Assembly (NCBI RefSeq): GCF_015182315.1 | Contig: NZ_PRDL01000001.1 | Coordinates: 1,460,580 to 1,492,579 of the forward strand | DNA: 32,000 nucleotides | Source: Cellvibrio polysaccharolyticus | Lineage (GTDB): Bacteria; Pseudomonadota; Gammaproteobacteria; Pseudomonadales; Cellvibrionaceae | Direction: 5' to 3' | In this document: piece after piece, positions 22,432 through 32,000 of the stretch | Numbering within the stretch: the stretch's first letter is position 1 | Layout: each line of letters opens with the position of its first letter | Notes under the pieces: generated by a model | The model's input: the letters and a program-made list of their open reading frames with translations, nothing else | Told to the model about the DNA's origin: nothing | Databases searched by the model: none | Program-made: the position numbers and the translations under genes

Positions 22432-23013
22432 TCAGCGCACTTGCCGCTGTATCCACAGTAATATCAGCCCGGCAAAAGTACCTGCAACGGCGCCCCACAG
22501 GTGCGCGTCTACCGCCACGGGTACCGGTAGCAATGCGTGTTGCGGATCGAACCAGGGGGTGTGTTCGTAAATAACCTTGCCCCAAATCACCAGCAATGCC
22601 AGCGCATTAATGGTTGGAGTTTGTGGCAGGGTTAACAGCAACCCGGCAATAATCAGTCCGTGCAGGGTGCCTGACAGACCCGCATAAAAAAACAGCTCGG
22701 GATCAAAAAACCATAAGCCGATTCCGGTTACTGCAAGGCAGGTGATCAAGGTGGCCAGGTAATGTTTCACTGCAGCATCGCGCCACAGTGCGGCATTAAT
22801 GATGACCAGCGCCGCTGCATTCATCAGCAGATGATAAACCCCGTAATGAATGAACTGACTGGAGATCAATCGCCACCATTCGCCTTGGGCAATGGCATTG
22901 CGATCAAATTGTAGCAGGGGTTCGGTAATGGTTTGGAAGAGCCCGGCGAGAGCGAGCAGGGCGACCAGCAGGAGCGTCAGAATATCCATCCGGTTTAAAG
23001 TAAAAGCTGGCAT
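22432..23013 (-). CDS. Rhomboid-family intramembrane serine protease, rhombosortase-like
   Basis: 193 aa, 6 TM-like segments. Motifs: EWWRLISSQFIHYGVYHLLMN, catalytic-Ser YAGLSGTLHG, catalytic-His DAHLWGAVAG. The size and YxGLSGxLHG pattern resemble rhombosortases rather than GlpG. Confidence 0.7.
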   Translation of the reverse strand: MPAFTLNRMDILTLLLVALLALAGLFQTITEPLLQFDRNAIAQGEWWRLISSQFIHYGVYHLLMNAAALVIINAALWRDAAVKHYLATLITCLAVTGIGLWFFDPELFFYAGLSGTLHGLIIAGLLLTLPQTPTINALALLVIWGKVIYEHTPWFDPQHALLPVPVAVDAHLWGAVAGTFAGLILLWIQRQVR

Positions 23014-23129
23014 GGAACATCCTGAATTTTTGTGGTCCGACTTGAAGTTTTATCAGATTTAAAATTAATCACAGTTTATTGAGAAACTCCCCTGTTTTTT
23101 CGAGGCTGTACGGTAAGCGCCTTCTGTCC

Positions 23130-23218
23130 GTTTGCCATCAGGATGTTTGTTCCAAAACCGCATTATGCCGGTAGGGGGGCAGCAGTCTGAGATTAAAAAT
23201 CAATCAGTGGTTTATGCA
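23130..23218 (+). repeat. Degenerate copy 3 of the long-hairpin repeat (left arm + partial core, no right arm)
   Basis: 23130-23157 matches the copy-4 left arm at 21/28 (gtttgCcatcagg...ttccaaaa). It is followed by ccg..., a gcagcagtctgag segment resembling core gcggcagtcgagc, and a tttatgca end motif. No complementary right arm was found. Confidence 0.45.
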
Positions 23219-23277
23219 AAGAGTTGCAGGGATTGCCACAGAAGGAACTGATTGATCTTGCTGGCTGCACCGTTCGA

Positions 23278-23383
23278 GTTTGTCATCAGGTGCCTTGCTC
23301 CAAAACCGTCGAGTCAGGGATGACTCGTCGGAGCTACAGGGATGTATTTATGCATTTTTGGAGCAAGGCACCTGATGACAAAC
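23278..23383 (+). repeat. Structured long-hairpin repeat, copy 4 (perfect 28-bp inverted arms + 50-nt core)
   Basis: Arms 23278-23305 and 23356-23383 are perfect reverse complements. The core is CCGTC-[gagtca GGGA tgactc]-GTCGGAGC-[taca GGGA tgta]-TTTATGCA, the same architecture as copy 1 with different but still complementary stems. Confidence 0.85.
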
Positions 23384-23475
23384 GTACAGATGGCACCTGC
23401 TAAATATTCGGAAAAAACAAGCGAAGTTGTAAACAATCCGCATGCCGAATCGACAGATTGTTTATTCGAGGCAGG

Positions 23476-23775
23476 TCACTGAGCCCCGGCAGCTTCCAAC
23501 GCTTGCACATAGTCATCCGACAGGCGGTGCGTTTTAATCGTTTGCAACAAGGTTTTTCCTTCCGGCCCAACCGCATTCAAATCGCGGCCAGCTTCTTTGA
23601 AAAACGTAATAAAGGTGGCGAAATTTTCACTGCGCATACCGCGGTAAGCGCGCTCCAGTAAATGGTAATCGGCGGTAATACCTTTTACCGGACCTGTATA
23701 TTGCAGAAAGGTTTTGATGCGCTCGTCATCAAAATGCTCTCCCAGTACTTTCTCTTTGTCTTTACGTGTGCTCAT
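23476..23775 (-). CDS. Small conserved hypothetical protein downstream of gatB
   Basis: 99-aa ORF with sensible composition. It occupies the position of the small conserved ORF that follows gatB in Pseudomonas-type genomes. No catalytic motif recognised. Confidence 0.6.
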   Translation of the reverse strand: MSTRKDKEKVLGEHFDDERIKTFLQYTGPVKGITADYHLLERAYRGMRSENFATFITFFKEAGRDLNAVGPEGKTLLQTIKTHRLSDDYVQALEAAGAQ

Positions 23776-23805
23776 GGATAACCGGTTCCTGTTTCTGTAG
23801 TAGCA

Positions 23806-23827
23806 AGCCCGCCTTTACAGGCGGGCT
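23806..23827 (-). other. 8-bp GC hairpin between the gatB stop and the small ORF
   Basis: agcccgcc-N6-ggcgggct seen directly. No U-run follows on the minus strand. Possible partial terminator or stability element. Confidence 0.4.
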
Positions 23828-23834
23828 GTTGCAC

Positions 23835-25280
23835 TTATCCGTTCAGCTTTTTCAGCAGAATCTCGTTCAATGTTTGCGGGTTGGCCTGGCCTTTACTGGC
23901 CTTCATTACCTGACCAACAAAGAAGCCAATCATCTTGCCGCGTTTACTCTCGTCGGCTGCGCGGTAACCTTCTACCTGCGCGGCATTATTGGCAAGCACT
24001 TCGTCAACCAGCTTTTCAATGGCACCGGTGTCGGAAACCTGTTTCAAACCTTTGGTTTCAATAATGGTATCGGCATCACCTTCGCCATTGCTGATAGCTT
24101 CGAAAACCTGCTTGGCAATCTTGCTCGACAAGGTGCCATCTTTAATGCGCACCACCAGACCTGCCAGCAATTCCGGGGTTACGGTTGATTGGCCAATGCG
24201 CTGCTCGGTGCGATTGAGGAATGCAGACAAATCAGCCATTACCCAGTTGGCAGCGAGCTTGGCTTCACCACTGATTGTTGCGGTTTTTTCAAAAAACTCA
24301 GCGGTAGCGCGATCTACTGTCAGCTGGCCAGCATCGTACTCGCTCAAACCGTAATCGCTAACAAAGCGGGCGCGTTTGGCTTCTGGCAGCTCCGGCATTT
24401 GTTGACGAACCTGTTCAATATATTCGTCATCAATAATAACCGGCAACAAGTCGGGGCAGGGGAAGTAACGGTAATCGTTGGAATCTTCCTTGCTGCGCAT
24501 GGAGCGGGCTTTTTTGGTGTCCCCATTGTACAGGCGGGTTTCCTGTACGATTTTTCCGCCGCTTTCCAGCACGTCAATTTGACGCTCAACTTCCAGCTCA
24601 ATGGCCTCTTCCATAAAACGGAAGCTGTTGAGGTTTTTGGTTTCGGTGCGGGTGCCCAATACTTCGGAGCCGCGTGGACGAATGGAAATATTCACGTCGA
24701 AACGCATGGAGCCCTGCGACATTTCGCCATCACAAATTTCCAGCGATGTCACAATGGAATGCAGTTTTTTAGCGAAGGCAACGGCTTCTTCGGCGCTGCG
24801 CATATCCGGTTCGGTTACCACTTCAATCAGCGGCGTGCCTGCGCGGTTCAGATCAATGCCACTCATGCCGGCAAAATCTTCGTGCAGGGATTTTCCGGCA
24901 TCTTCTTCCAAATGCGCGTGGTGAATGCGAACGCGTTTGGTGCGGCCGCCTTCCAGTTCCAAATCTACATGGCCGGGACCGACAATCGGTTCTGCCAGCT
25001 GTGTGGTCTGGTAGCCTTTTGGCAAATCCGGATAGAAATAATTTTTACGCTCAAACACAGAGCGCTTGCCAATTTCTGCATTCACCGCCAAGCCAAACAT
25101 GGTGGCAAAGCGAAATGCTTCGGCATTGGCAACGGGCAATGTGCCCGGCAGCGCCAAATCAATGGCGCAAGCCTGGGTGTTGGGGGCGGCACCGAAGGCA
25201 GTGCTGGCGCCGGAGAAAATTTTGGTTTTGGTGGCGAGCTGTACGTGTACTTCCAGCCCGATAACGGTTTCCCATTGCAT
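23835..25280 (-). CDS. gatB: Asp-tRNA(Asn)/Glu-tRNA(Gln) amidotransferase subunit B
   Basis: 481 aa. Canonical GatB N-terminus [23 protein letters not shown] and C-terminal YqeY-like tail (..[17 protein letters not shown]..). Confidence 0.95.
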   Translation of the reverse strand: MQWETVIGLEVHVQLATKTKIFSGASTAFGAAPNTQACAIDLALPGTLPVANAEAFRFATMFGLAVNAEIGKRSVFERKNYFYPDLPKGYQTTQLAEPIVGPGHVDLELEGGRTKRVRIHHAHLEEDAGKSLHEDFAGMSGIDLNRAGTPLIEVVTEPDMRSAEEAVAFAKKLHSIVTSLEICDGEMSQGSMRFDVNISIRPRGSEVLGTRTETKNLNSFRFMEEAIELEVERQIDVLESGGKIVQETRLYNGDTKKARSMRSKEDSNDYRYFPCPDLLPVIIDDEYIEQVRQQMPELPEAKRARFVSDYGLSEYDAGQLTVDRATAEFFEKTATISGEAKLAANWVMADLSAFLNRTEQRIGQSTVTPELLAGLVVRIKDGTLSSKIAKQVFEAISNGEGDADTIIETKGLKQVSDTGAIEKLVDEVLANNAAQVEGYRAADESKRGKMIGFFVGQVMKASKGQANPQTLNEILLKKLNG

Positions 25281-25292
25281 GCTTGAATCCTC

Positions 25293-26747
25293 TTACTCGA
25301 TACCGGGTGCTGTCAGTTGATGGAAGTTGGTCGCTTGCTGGAATTGATGGGCTGCATTCAGCAACAGGCCTTCAGCAAAATCGTTTCCAATCAATTGCAG
25401 GCCGACCGGTTTGTTATCCACCAGGCCGCAAGGAATGGACAGACCTGGCAGGCCGGCGAGGTTGGTTGCAATGGTGTAAATATCTTCAAGGTACATCGCC
25501 ACCGGATCTTTGGTTTTGGAACCGAAGGCGAAGGCCGGGGATGGCGATGTCGGGCCGAGGATCACATCAACTTGCTTGAAGGCATCGACGAAGTCCTGAC
25601 GAATCAGGCGGCGAACTTTTTGTGCTTTGCTGTAATAGGCATCGTAATAGCCTGCGGACAGCGCGTAGGAGCCTACCAGAATGCGGCGTTTTACTTCATC
25701 ACCAAAAGCTTCCGTGCGGGAGCGCTTGTAAAGGTCGGCGAGGTCGGTCGGGTTTTCGCAGCGATAGCCGTAACGCACGCCATCAAAACGGGACAGGTTG
25801 GCAGAACACTCGGCCGGTGCGATTACATAATAAGCCGGTACCGCCAAATGGGTGTGCGGCAGGCTGACTTCGTGAATGCTGGCGCCCAGGCTTTCGTATA
25901 CCTTGATGGCATCCTGCACGCGAGCCGCGGTGTCTGCATTCAGGCCTTCACCGAAATATTCACGCGGTACACCGATTTTCAAGCCTTTCAGGCTGTTATT
26001 CAGCGTGGCGGTGTAGTCGGGCACGTCGCGTTCAATGCAGGTGGAATCTTTTGCATCGTAGCTGGCCATGGTGTTCAGCAGCAGCGCGGCGTCTTCAGCG
26101 GTGCGCGTCAGCAATCCGGCCTGATCGAGGCTGGAGGCAAAAGCAATCATGCCCCAGCGGGATACGCGGCCATAAGTTGGCTTGATGCCGGTAAGGCCAC
26201 ACAGCGCTGCCGGCTGGCGAATAGAGCCGCCAGTATCCGAGGCAGTCGCAGCCGGTGCCAGGTGTGCAGCCACCGCAGCAGCCGAGCCACCGGAAGAACC
26301 GCCGGGCACGCAATCGGTTGCCCAGGGGTTTTTCACCGGGCCATAAAAACTGGTTTCGTTGGAGGAGCCCATGGCGAACTCGTCCATATTGGTTTTGCCG
26401 AGAGTAATGACGCCATCCGCCAGATAATTTTCAACGATAGTGGCGTTGTAAGGGGCGATGAAGTTGTCGAGCATCTTCGAGGCGCAACTGGTGCGAATAC
26501 CATCGGTACAAAAAATATCCTTGTGCGCAATCGGTACGCCGCACAGCAGCGGAGCGTTACCGGCAGCAAGGCGGCGATCTGCCTCGGCGGCCTGTTGCAA
26601 GGCCAGTTCCGGGGTCGGGGTAATAAAGCTGTTGTACACCGGGTCAAGGCGCGCAATGCGGTCGAGATAATGGCGGGTCAGCTCGGTGCTGGAAAAGTCC
26701 TTGTTGCGCAGGCCTTTTACCAGTTCGGCAATAGTGAGTTGATGCAT
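25293..26747 (-). CDS. gatA: Asp-tRNA(Asn)/Glu-tRNA(Gln) amidotransferase subunit A
   Basis: 484 aa. Amidase signature [21 protein letters not shown], and [11 protein letters not shown] with the catalytic Ser. Confidence 0.95.
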   Translation of the reverse strand: MHQLTIAELVKGLRNKDFSSTELTRHYLDRIARLDPVYNSFITPTPELALQQAAEADRRLAAGNAPLLCGVPIAHKDIFCTDGIRTSCASKMLDNFIAPYNATIVENYLADGVITLGKTNMDEFAMGSSNETSFYGPVKNPWATDCVPGGSSGGSAAAVAAHLAPAATASDTGGSIRQPAALCGLTGIKPTYGRVSRWGMIAFASSLDQAGLLTRTAEDAALLLNTMASYDAKDSTCIERDVPDYTATLNNSLKGLKIGVPREYFGEGLNADTAARVQDAIKVYESLGASIHEVSLPHTHLAVPAYYVIAPAECSANLSRFDGVRYGYRCENPTDLADLYKRSRTEAFGDEVKRRILVGSYALSAGYYDAYYSKAQKVRRLIRQDFVDAFKQVDVILGPTSPSPAFAFGSKTKDPVAMYLEDIYTIATNLAGLPGLSIPCGLVDNKPVGLQLIGNDFAEGLLLNAAHQFQQATNFHQLTAPGIE

Positions 26748-26818
26748 TACAAATATTCCTGGGTCATTGTCACTCCGGACGTCACAAGCGGCCGGTCGGG
26801 GTGCCGTATCGAGGGTAG

Positions 26819-27106
26819 TCAGTCAATAACTTGCGGGACCAGATAAAGTCCATCCTGGGTGGCCGGGGCGATGGCCTGGAAGCGCTCGCGCTGATCCGGC
26901 TCGGTGACCACATCGGCACGCAGGCGCTGGATGGCATCAAGCGGATGCGCCATCGGCGCAACGCCATCGGTATTCACGGCTTGCAGTTGATCTACCAGGG
27001 CCAGTACATCGGAGATACTCCTGGCTACTTCATCAGCAGTATTTTCTGAGATGGCGAGGCGTGCCAGCTCGGCCAGTTTTGCAATATCGGAACGATCTAC
27101 AGCCAT
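26819..27106 (-). CDS. gatC: Asp-tRNA(Asn)/Glu-tRNA(Gln) amidotransferase subunit C
   Basis: 95 aa, typical GatC size and pattern ([14 protein letters not shown]...VDQL...), upstream of gatA-gatB. Confidence 0.9.
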   Translation of the reverse strand: MAVDRSDIAKLAELARLAISENTADEVARSISDVLALVDQLQAVNTDGVAPMAHPLDAIQRLRADVVTEPDQRERFQAIAPATQDGLYLVPQVID

Positions 27107-27498
27107 TGTCGGGTTTACTCCAAAAAAACATCGACCCCCAAACAGGTGTTAAACAGGTCGAATAACGTAAGAAAAAATCGAATCTTGCCAAATCGGGCGC
27201 TAAAGTTATCACATTTGCGCCTTGCCCTAAATCCCTCTCGTTGATAGAGTGCCAGCACCCGTGAGCGCTTCGTGAATACCTCCTCTCCAGCTGGAAAAAA
27301 CAGCATGGTGAGGCACTGATATTCCAGCGGCTCCCCAGGAGAAATTTTCAGGATTTGCTGGTCGAATATGCCTGATCAGGCAACGCCCGCGACCGGCAAG
27401 TCGTAACCATATCGCTGCGTGATGATAAATCGGACGCACCGCCGTTAGTGGCGGTAGCGGTTTCTATTTTGAAAACAGCAGAAAAACAGAATATTTAA

Positions 27499-28548
<1,050 letters not shown>

Positions 28549-28605
28549 TGATAGGTTGCAGGCGCGTTTGCTGGCGCGCCTGCCACTTCTGCGGGAGTAG
28601 CCACT

Positions 28606-29439
28606 ATTAAACCCCTGTTTACCAAAGGCGCTGCGGCTTCTTCGCGGGCGTTTTTTTTCATTCTGGTCATGATTGGCCTGATCTTTACCAGTCTGTACAC
28701 CGACTGGCTTCAGCCCGTGCGCGCCACAATGAAAGAGGCGGTTGCACCTTTCTACGTGATTACCGACATCCCCCGCCAGATCAATGAATGGCGGCAAAAT
28801 ACCTTTTCCAGCCGTAGCGACTTGTTAATCGAGAACGAAGCGCTGCGTACCGAACTGCTGATTCATCAACGCAAACTGCAACAAATGGCTGCGCTGGCCG
28901 CTGAAAACGTGCGTCTGCGGCAGTTGATGAACGCCACCGATATGTTGCAGGACAAGGTGCTGATCGCCGAGTTGATTGGTGTATCACCCAACCCGCTCAG
29001 CCATACCGTGTGGATTAACCGCGGTCATCAACAAGGCGTATATGAAGGTCAGCCTTTGCTCGACGCCTTCGGTTTGATGGGGCAGGTGATTGAGGTTCAG
29101 GACAATACCAGCCAGGTATTGTTGATTTCCGATGTGACTCACGCGTTGCCGGTGCAGGTAAATCGCAATGGCGTGCGTGCTATTGCGGAAGGCACCGGTG
29201 ACCTTAACCGTCTGCGTTTACGCCATGTTTCCAACACCACCGATATTCGCGTCGGCGATCTGGTGGTCAGCTCCGGTTTGGGCGAGCGCTTTCCGACCGG
29301 TTATCCGGTGGGCGAAGTTGACTCCATTATTCGCGATCCGGGTCAGCCCTTTGCTACGGTGATTGTTCGCCCTATGGCAAGGCTGGATCGCAGCCGTCAT
29401 GTGCTACTGGTGTTTGACTCCAGGGAGGCCGGGCATTGA
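28606..29439 (+). CDS. mreC: Rod-shape-determining protein MreC (probable non-canonical ATT start)
   Basis: Coiled-coil and beta-rich periplasmic domain typical of MreC. From 28606 the in-frame reading is I-KPLFTKGAAASSRAFFFILVMIGLIF..., aligning with the MKPLF(A/T)KGPS N-terminus of Pseudomonas-type MreC. GGGAG lies 8 nt upstream of ATT 28606. The first ATG (28669, ORF track) falls inside the TM helix. Confidence 0.85.
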   Translation: MKPLFTKGAAASSRAFFFILVMIGLIFTSLYTDWLQPVRATMKEAVAPFYVITDIPRQINEWRQNTFSSRSDLLIENEALRTELLIHQRKLQQMAALAAENVRLRQLMNATDMLQDKVLIAELIGVSPNPLSHTVWINRGHQQGVYEGQPLLDAFGLMGQVIEVQDNTSQVLLISDVTHALPVQVNRNGVRAIAEGTGDLNRLRLRHVSNTTDIRVGDLVVSSGLGERFPTGYPVGEVDSIIRDPGQPFATVIVRPMARLDRSRHVLLVFDSREAGH

Positions 29440-29930
29440 GTGCGGGTCGTCCCTGGGTTACCTGGGCAGTCATCGCCAGCACCTTTCTGGTGGCGATGCT
29501 GCTGAGTGTCTATCCCTTGCCGATTGGCTGGCGCTGGTGGCGCCCCGAGTTTGTGCTGATGGTGGCGATTTACTGGATTTTTGCGCAACCCTTGCGCATG
29601 TCGCTGGTGGCTTTATGTTTGCTGGGCGTGTTTCAGGATGTGCTTGAAGGCACGCCGCTCGGGCAACATGGTCTGGCACTGGTCATTGTCGCCTATATTT
29701 GTTTGCTTTCCTGGCAGCGGGTTCGGAACTATTCCTTGTGGCAACAATCTTGCTGGGTATTCGTATTAATTGCGATTTCGCAGCTTACTGACAGTTGGGT
29801 GCAGGCAATCAGCGGCATGGCGATATCCGGCCCGGAGTTTTTAATCCCGGCTTTTGCCAGCGCCTGTTTCTGGCCAGTGTGTTATCTGATCCTCGAATTT
29901 GTTCGTCGTCGTTATCAGATCATTCAATAG
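29436..29930 (+). CDS. mreD: Rod-shape-determining protein MreD
   Basis: 164-aa polytopic membrane protein directly after mreC. TTG start overlaps the mreC stop, with GGGAGG 7 nt upstream. Confidence 0.8.
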   Translation: MSAGRPWVTWAVIASTFLVAMLLSVYPLPIGWRWWRPEFVLMVAIYWIFAQPLRMSLVALCLLGVFQDVLEGTPLGQHGLALVIVAYICLLSWQRVRNYSLWQQSCWVFVLIAISQLTDSWVQAISGMAISGPEFLIPAFASACFWPVCYLILEFVRRRYQIIQ

Positions 29931-30020
29931 CCGGTCCGTTTATAAAACCGCGTAATAATCCTACGTGCAACAACAATAACTAACCTGTTCGCCTGCAGCG
30001 AAGAGTGAGGAGAGCCCGCG

Positions 30021-30632
30021 GTGAGTGTTGCCGTTCAGCCTGATCTTTATCTTGCATCACAATCGCCCCGCCGCAGCCAGCTGTTGGCGCAAATCGGTGT
30101 TCGCCATCAGGTCATTAGCGTCGATGTACCGGAACAGCCGGAAGCCGGTGAATCTGCTGCCGCCTATGTTGAACGGCTCGCCTTGTCCAAAGCCCGTGCA
30201 GGTTTTTCACGCGTGCAGGAAGAGTCGCTGGCGGTTTGCCCGGTAATGGGTGCAGATACCATTGTGGTCTGTGATGGCGACATCCTTGAAAAACCCCGCA
30301 ATCAGCAACATGGCGCAGCCATGCTGGCCAATTTGTCCGGTCGTGTGCATCAGGTTTTTACCGCAGTTGCTTTGTGCGCGCCCGGTCAACAACAGGTCGA
30401 ACGCAACATTACCGAGGTACGGTTTCGCATTTTGAGCAATGAGGAAATAACAACCTACTGGCTTACCGGGGAACCCCGTGATAAGGCCGGTGGTTATGCT
30501 ATACAGGGACTGGGTGCTGTTTTTGTTGAAGAAATTCGTGGTAGCTACACCAATGTCGTCGGTCTGCCGCTGGAAACCACTCGTCAATTGTTACAAGCCT
30601 TCCGGGTGCCCTGGTGGCAAACGAATCATTGA
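30021..30632 (+). CDS. maf: Maf-family nucleoside-triphosphate pyrophosphatase (septum formation protein Maf/YhdE)
   Basis: LYLASQSPRRSQLL...GADTIV...KAGGYAIQG motifs. GTG start 8 nt after GAGGAG. mreBCD-maf-rng synteny. Confidence 0.88.
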   Translation: MSVAVQPDLYLASQSPRRSQLLAQIGVRHQVISVDVPEQPEAGESAAAYVERLALSKARAGFSRVQEESLAVCPVMGADTIVVCDGDILEKPRNQQHGAAMLANLSGRVHQVFTAVALCAPGQQQVERNITEVRFRILSNEEITTYWLTGEPRDKAGGYAIQGLGAVFVEEIRGSYTNVVGLPLETTRQLLQAFRVPWWQTNH

Positions 30633-30641
30633 GAATTATCC

Positions 30642-32000
30642 ATGAGTGAAGAAATCCTCATCAACGTGTCTCCGGTAGAGACGCGGGTTGCCCTGGTGGA
30701 AAACGGGGTGGCGCAAGAGTTGTATATTGAGCGTAGCTACGGCAAAGGTTATGTGGGCAATATCTACAAGGGCAAAGTGGTGCGGGTTTTACCCGGCATG
30801 CAAGCTGCGTTTGTCGAAATTGGCCTGGAGCGCACCGGCTTTATTCACGTTGCCGATATGCTGCCGGAGTCGGTTGAAGGCGAATCCCGCCGTCACGATT
30901 TACCCGACATTCGCACCCTGGTTCGCGAAGGGCAAACCTTGCTGGTGCAGGTTGCCAAAGACCCTATCAGCACCAAAGGCGCCCGTTTAACGACTCACCT
31001 CACGCTGTCGTCACGCTATCTGGTTTACATGCCTAACAGCCTGCACATCGGTGTGTCTGCTCGTATCGAAGAAGAGCAGGAGCGCGAACGGCTGCGCCAT
31101 ACCCTTGAAACCGCTATTGCCGAGCAGGGCATCAAAGGCGGTTTTATCGTCAGAACCGTTGCTGAAGGCGTGAGTACCGAAGAGATTGTTGCTGATATTC
31201 CTTTCCTGCAAAAGCTCTGGTCAGACCTGAGTGCCAAGGTACCGGAAGTGGGTGTACCTTCCGTGATTCACCAGGATATGCCGCTTTACCTGCGAGCATT
31301 GCGCGATCTGGCGCGGGCTCCTATTGATAAAATCCGTGTGGATTCCCGCCTTACCTGGAAGTTGATGCAGGACTTTGCCAATAGTTACTACCCGCAGCTG
31401 GTCGAGTTGATTGATTGCTATACCGGCGAGCGTCCGTTGATGGATCTGTACGGTGTAGAGGAGGAAATCCGGCGCGCGCTGGATACCCGCGTACCGCTGA
31501 AATCCAACGGCTATTTGATCATCGAGCAAACCGAGGCGATGACCACGGTGGATGTGAATACCGGCGCTTTTGTCGGCCATCGCAACCTCGAAGAAACCAT
31601 TTTTAAAACCAACATGGAAGCGGCGACCGCGATCGCCCGCCAGCTGCGCCTGCGCAATCTGGGCGGCATTATTATTCTCGACTTTATTGACATGCAGGAC
31701 CCGGAGCACCAGCGCCAGGTGTTGCGTACACTGGAAAAAGCGCTGGAAAAAGACCACGCCAAAACCCGTATTACCGGTGTGTCGGAACTCGGGCTGGTAG
31801 AGATGGCTCGCAAGCGTACGCGGGAATCGCTGGGGCAAATGTTGTGCGAACCTTGCCCGGTGTGTCGCGGTCGCGGTCAGGTCAAATCTGCCGAAACCGT
31901 CTGCTACGAAATTTTCCGGGAAATTCTCCGCGAATCGCGTACCTACAACAACGACAAATTTCTGGTGCTGGCATCGCCGGTGGTGGTGGATCGTTTACTG
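30642..32000 (+). CDS. rng: Ribonuclease G (CafA), 3'-truncated by the window end
   Basis: Not in the ORF track because no stop is reached. My hand translation from ATG 30642 stays open for 453 codons to position 32000. S1 domain (GNIYKGKVVRVLPGMQAAFVEIG) and the RNase E/G catalytic core (EQTEAMTTVDVNTGAFVGHRN...RLRNLGGIIILDFIDM) closely match E. coli RNase G as I recall it. Confidence 0.92.
   Translation, partial: MSEEILINVSPVETRVALVENGVAQELYIERSYGKGYVGNIYKGKVVRVLPGMQAAFVEIGLERTGFIHVADMLPESVEGESRRHDLPDIRTLVREGQTLLVQVAKDPISTKGARLTTHLTLSSRYLVYMPNSLHIGVSARIEEEQERERLRHTLETAIAEQGIKGGFIVRTVAEGVSTEEIVADIPFLQKLWSDLSAKVPEVGVPSVIHQDMPLYLRALRDLARAPIDKIRVDSRLTWKLMQDFANSYYPQLVELIDCYTGERPLMDLYGVEEEIRRALDTRVPLKSNGYLIIEQTEAMTTVDVNTGAFVGHRNLEETIFKTNMEAATAIARQLRLRNLGGIIILDFIDMQDPEHQRQVLRTLEKALEKDHAKTRITGVSELGLVEMARKRTRESLGQMLCEPCPVCRGRGQVKSAETVCYEIFREILRESRTYNNDKFLVLASPVVVDRLL

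Noticed and set aside
24189-25286. A 365-aa plus-strand ORF antisense to gatB
   Set aside because: Same reasoning. gatB on the minus strand is full length with a canonical N-terminus. The antisense product is compositionally odd (F/G/A/N-rich) and has no motif.
25317-26846. A 509-aa plus-strand ORF, longer than any real gene nearby
   Set aside because: It lies exactly antisense to gatA, which has an unmistakable amidase signature ([13 protein letters not shown]). Its product is Arg/Gly/Ala-rich low-complexity sequence with no start-site signals. This is a typical stop-free shadow frame.

Overview
A 32-kb chromosomal window from a gammaproteobacterium. The gene order gatCAB, divergent mreBCD-maf-rng, matches Pseudomonas/Cellvibrio-type genomes. 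Polyserine linkers hint at a Cellvibrio-like organism, but that is inference only.

Left third (1-11.9 kb): the tail of a Urt-type ABC transporter (urtB', urtC, urtD, urtE) runs into formamidase fmdA-fmdB. An OmpA-family protein, a CBS-pair protein, the DEAD-box helicase RhlB, a REC-REC-degenerate-GGDEF response regulator and cysZ follow.

Middle (12.1-22.4 kb) is the stand-out. A tightly packed eight-gene minus-strand operon sits behind a near-consensus sigma-54 promoter. It encodes:
- a lipoprotein tandem rhodanese ending in a Ser/Gly linker and -PCGG
- a small secreted CxC protein
- a 3-haem and a 5-haem membrane-anchored cytochrome c
- a porin-like barrel
- a YeeE/YedE-family membrane protein plus a TusA/YeeD-like partner
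- a polyserine-tethered orphan lipoprotein

A divergent unit encodes a sigma-54 activator with no sensor domain and an RhdA-type rhodanese. I cannot map this combination onto any characterised sulfur pathway, so it is my candidate for a new periplasmic sulfur (or selenium) capture, redox and import system.

Right third (22.4-32 kb): a rhombosortase-like rhomboid protease, a small conserved ORF, gatCAB, mreBCD (mreC apparently starts at ATT), maf and a 3'-truncated rng.

Non-coding: a family of about 90-108 bp long-hairpin repeats has a conserved core and covarying stems (4 copies, all intergenic). There are also several clear rho-independent terminators, a perfect 6-nt microsatellite inside a coding polyserine tract, and an island of about 19% GC upstream of the ompA-like gene. 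I saw no tRNA, rRNA, CRISPR, transposase or integrase.

All functional calls rest on motif recognition by eye; no database search or computation was possible.
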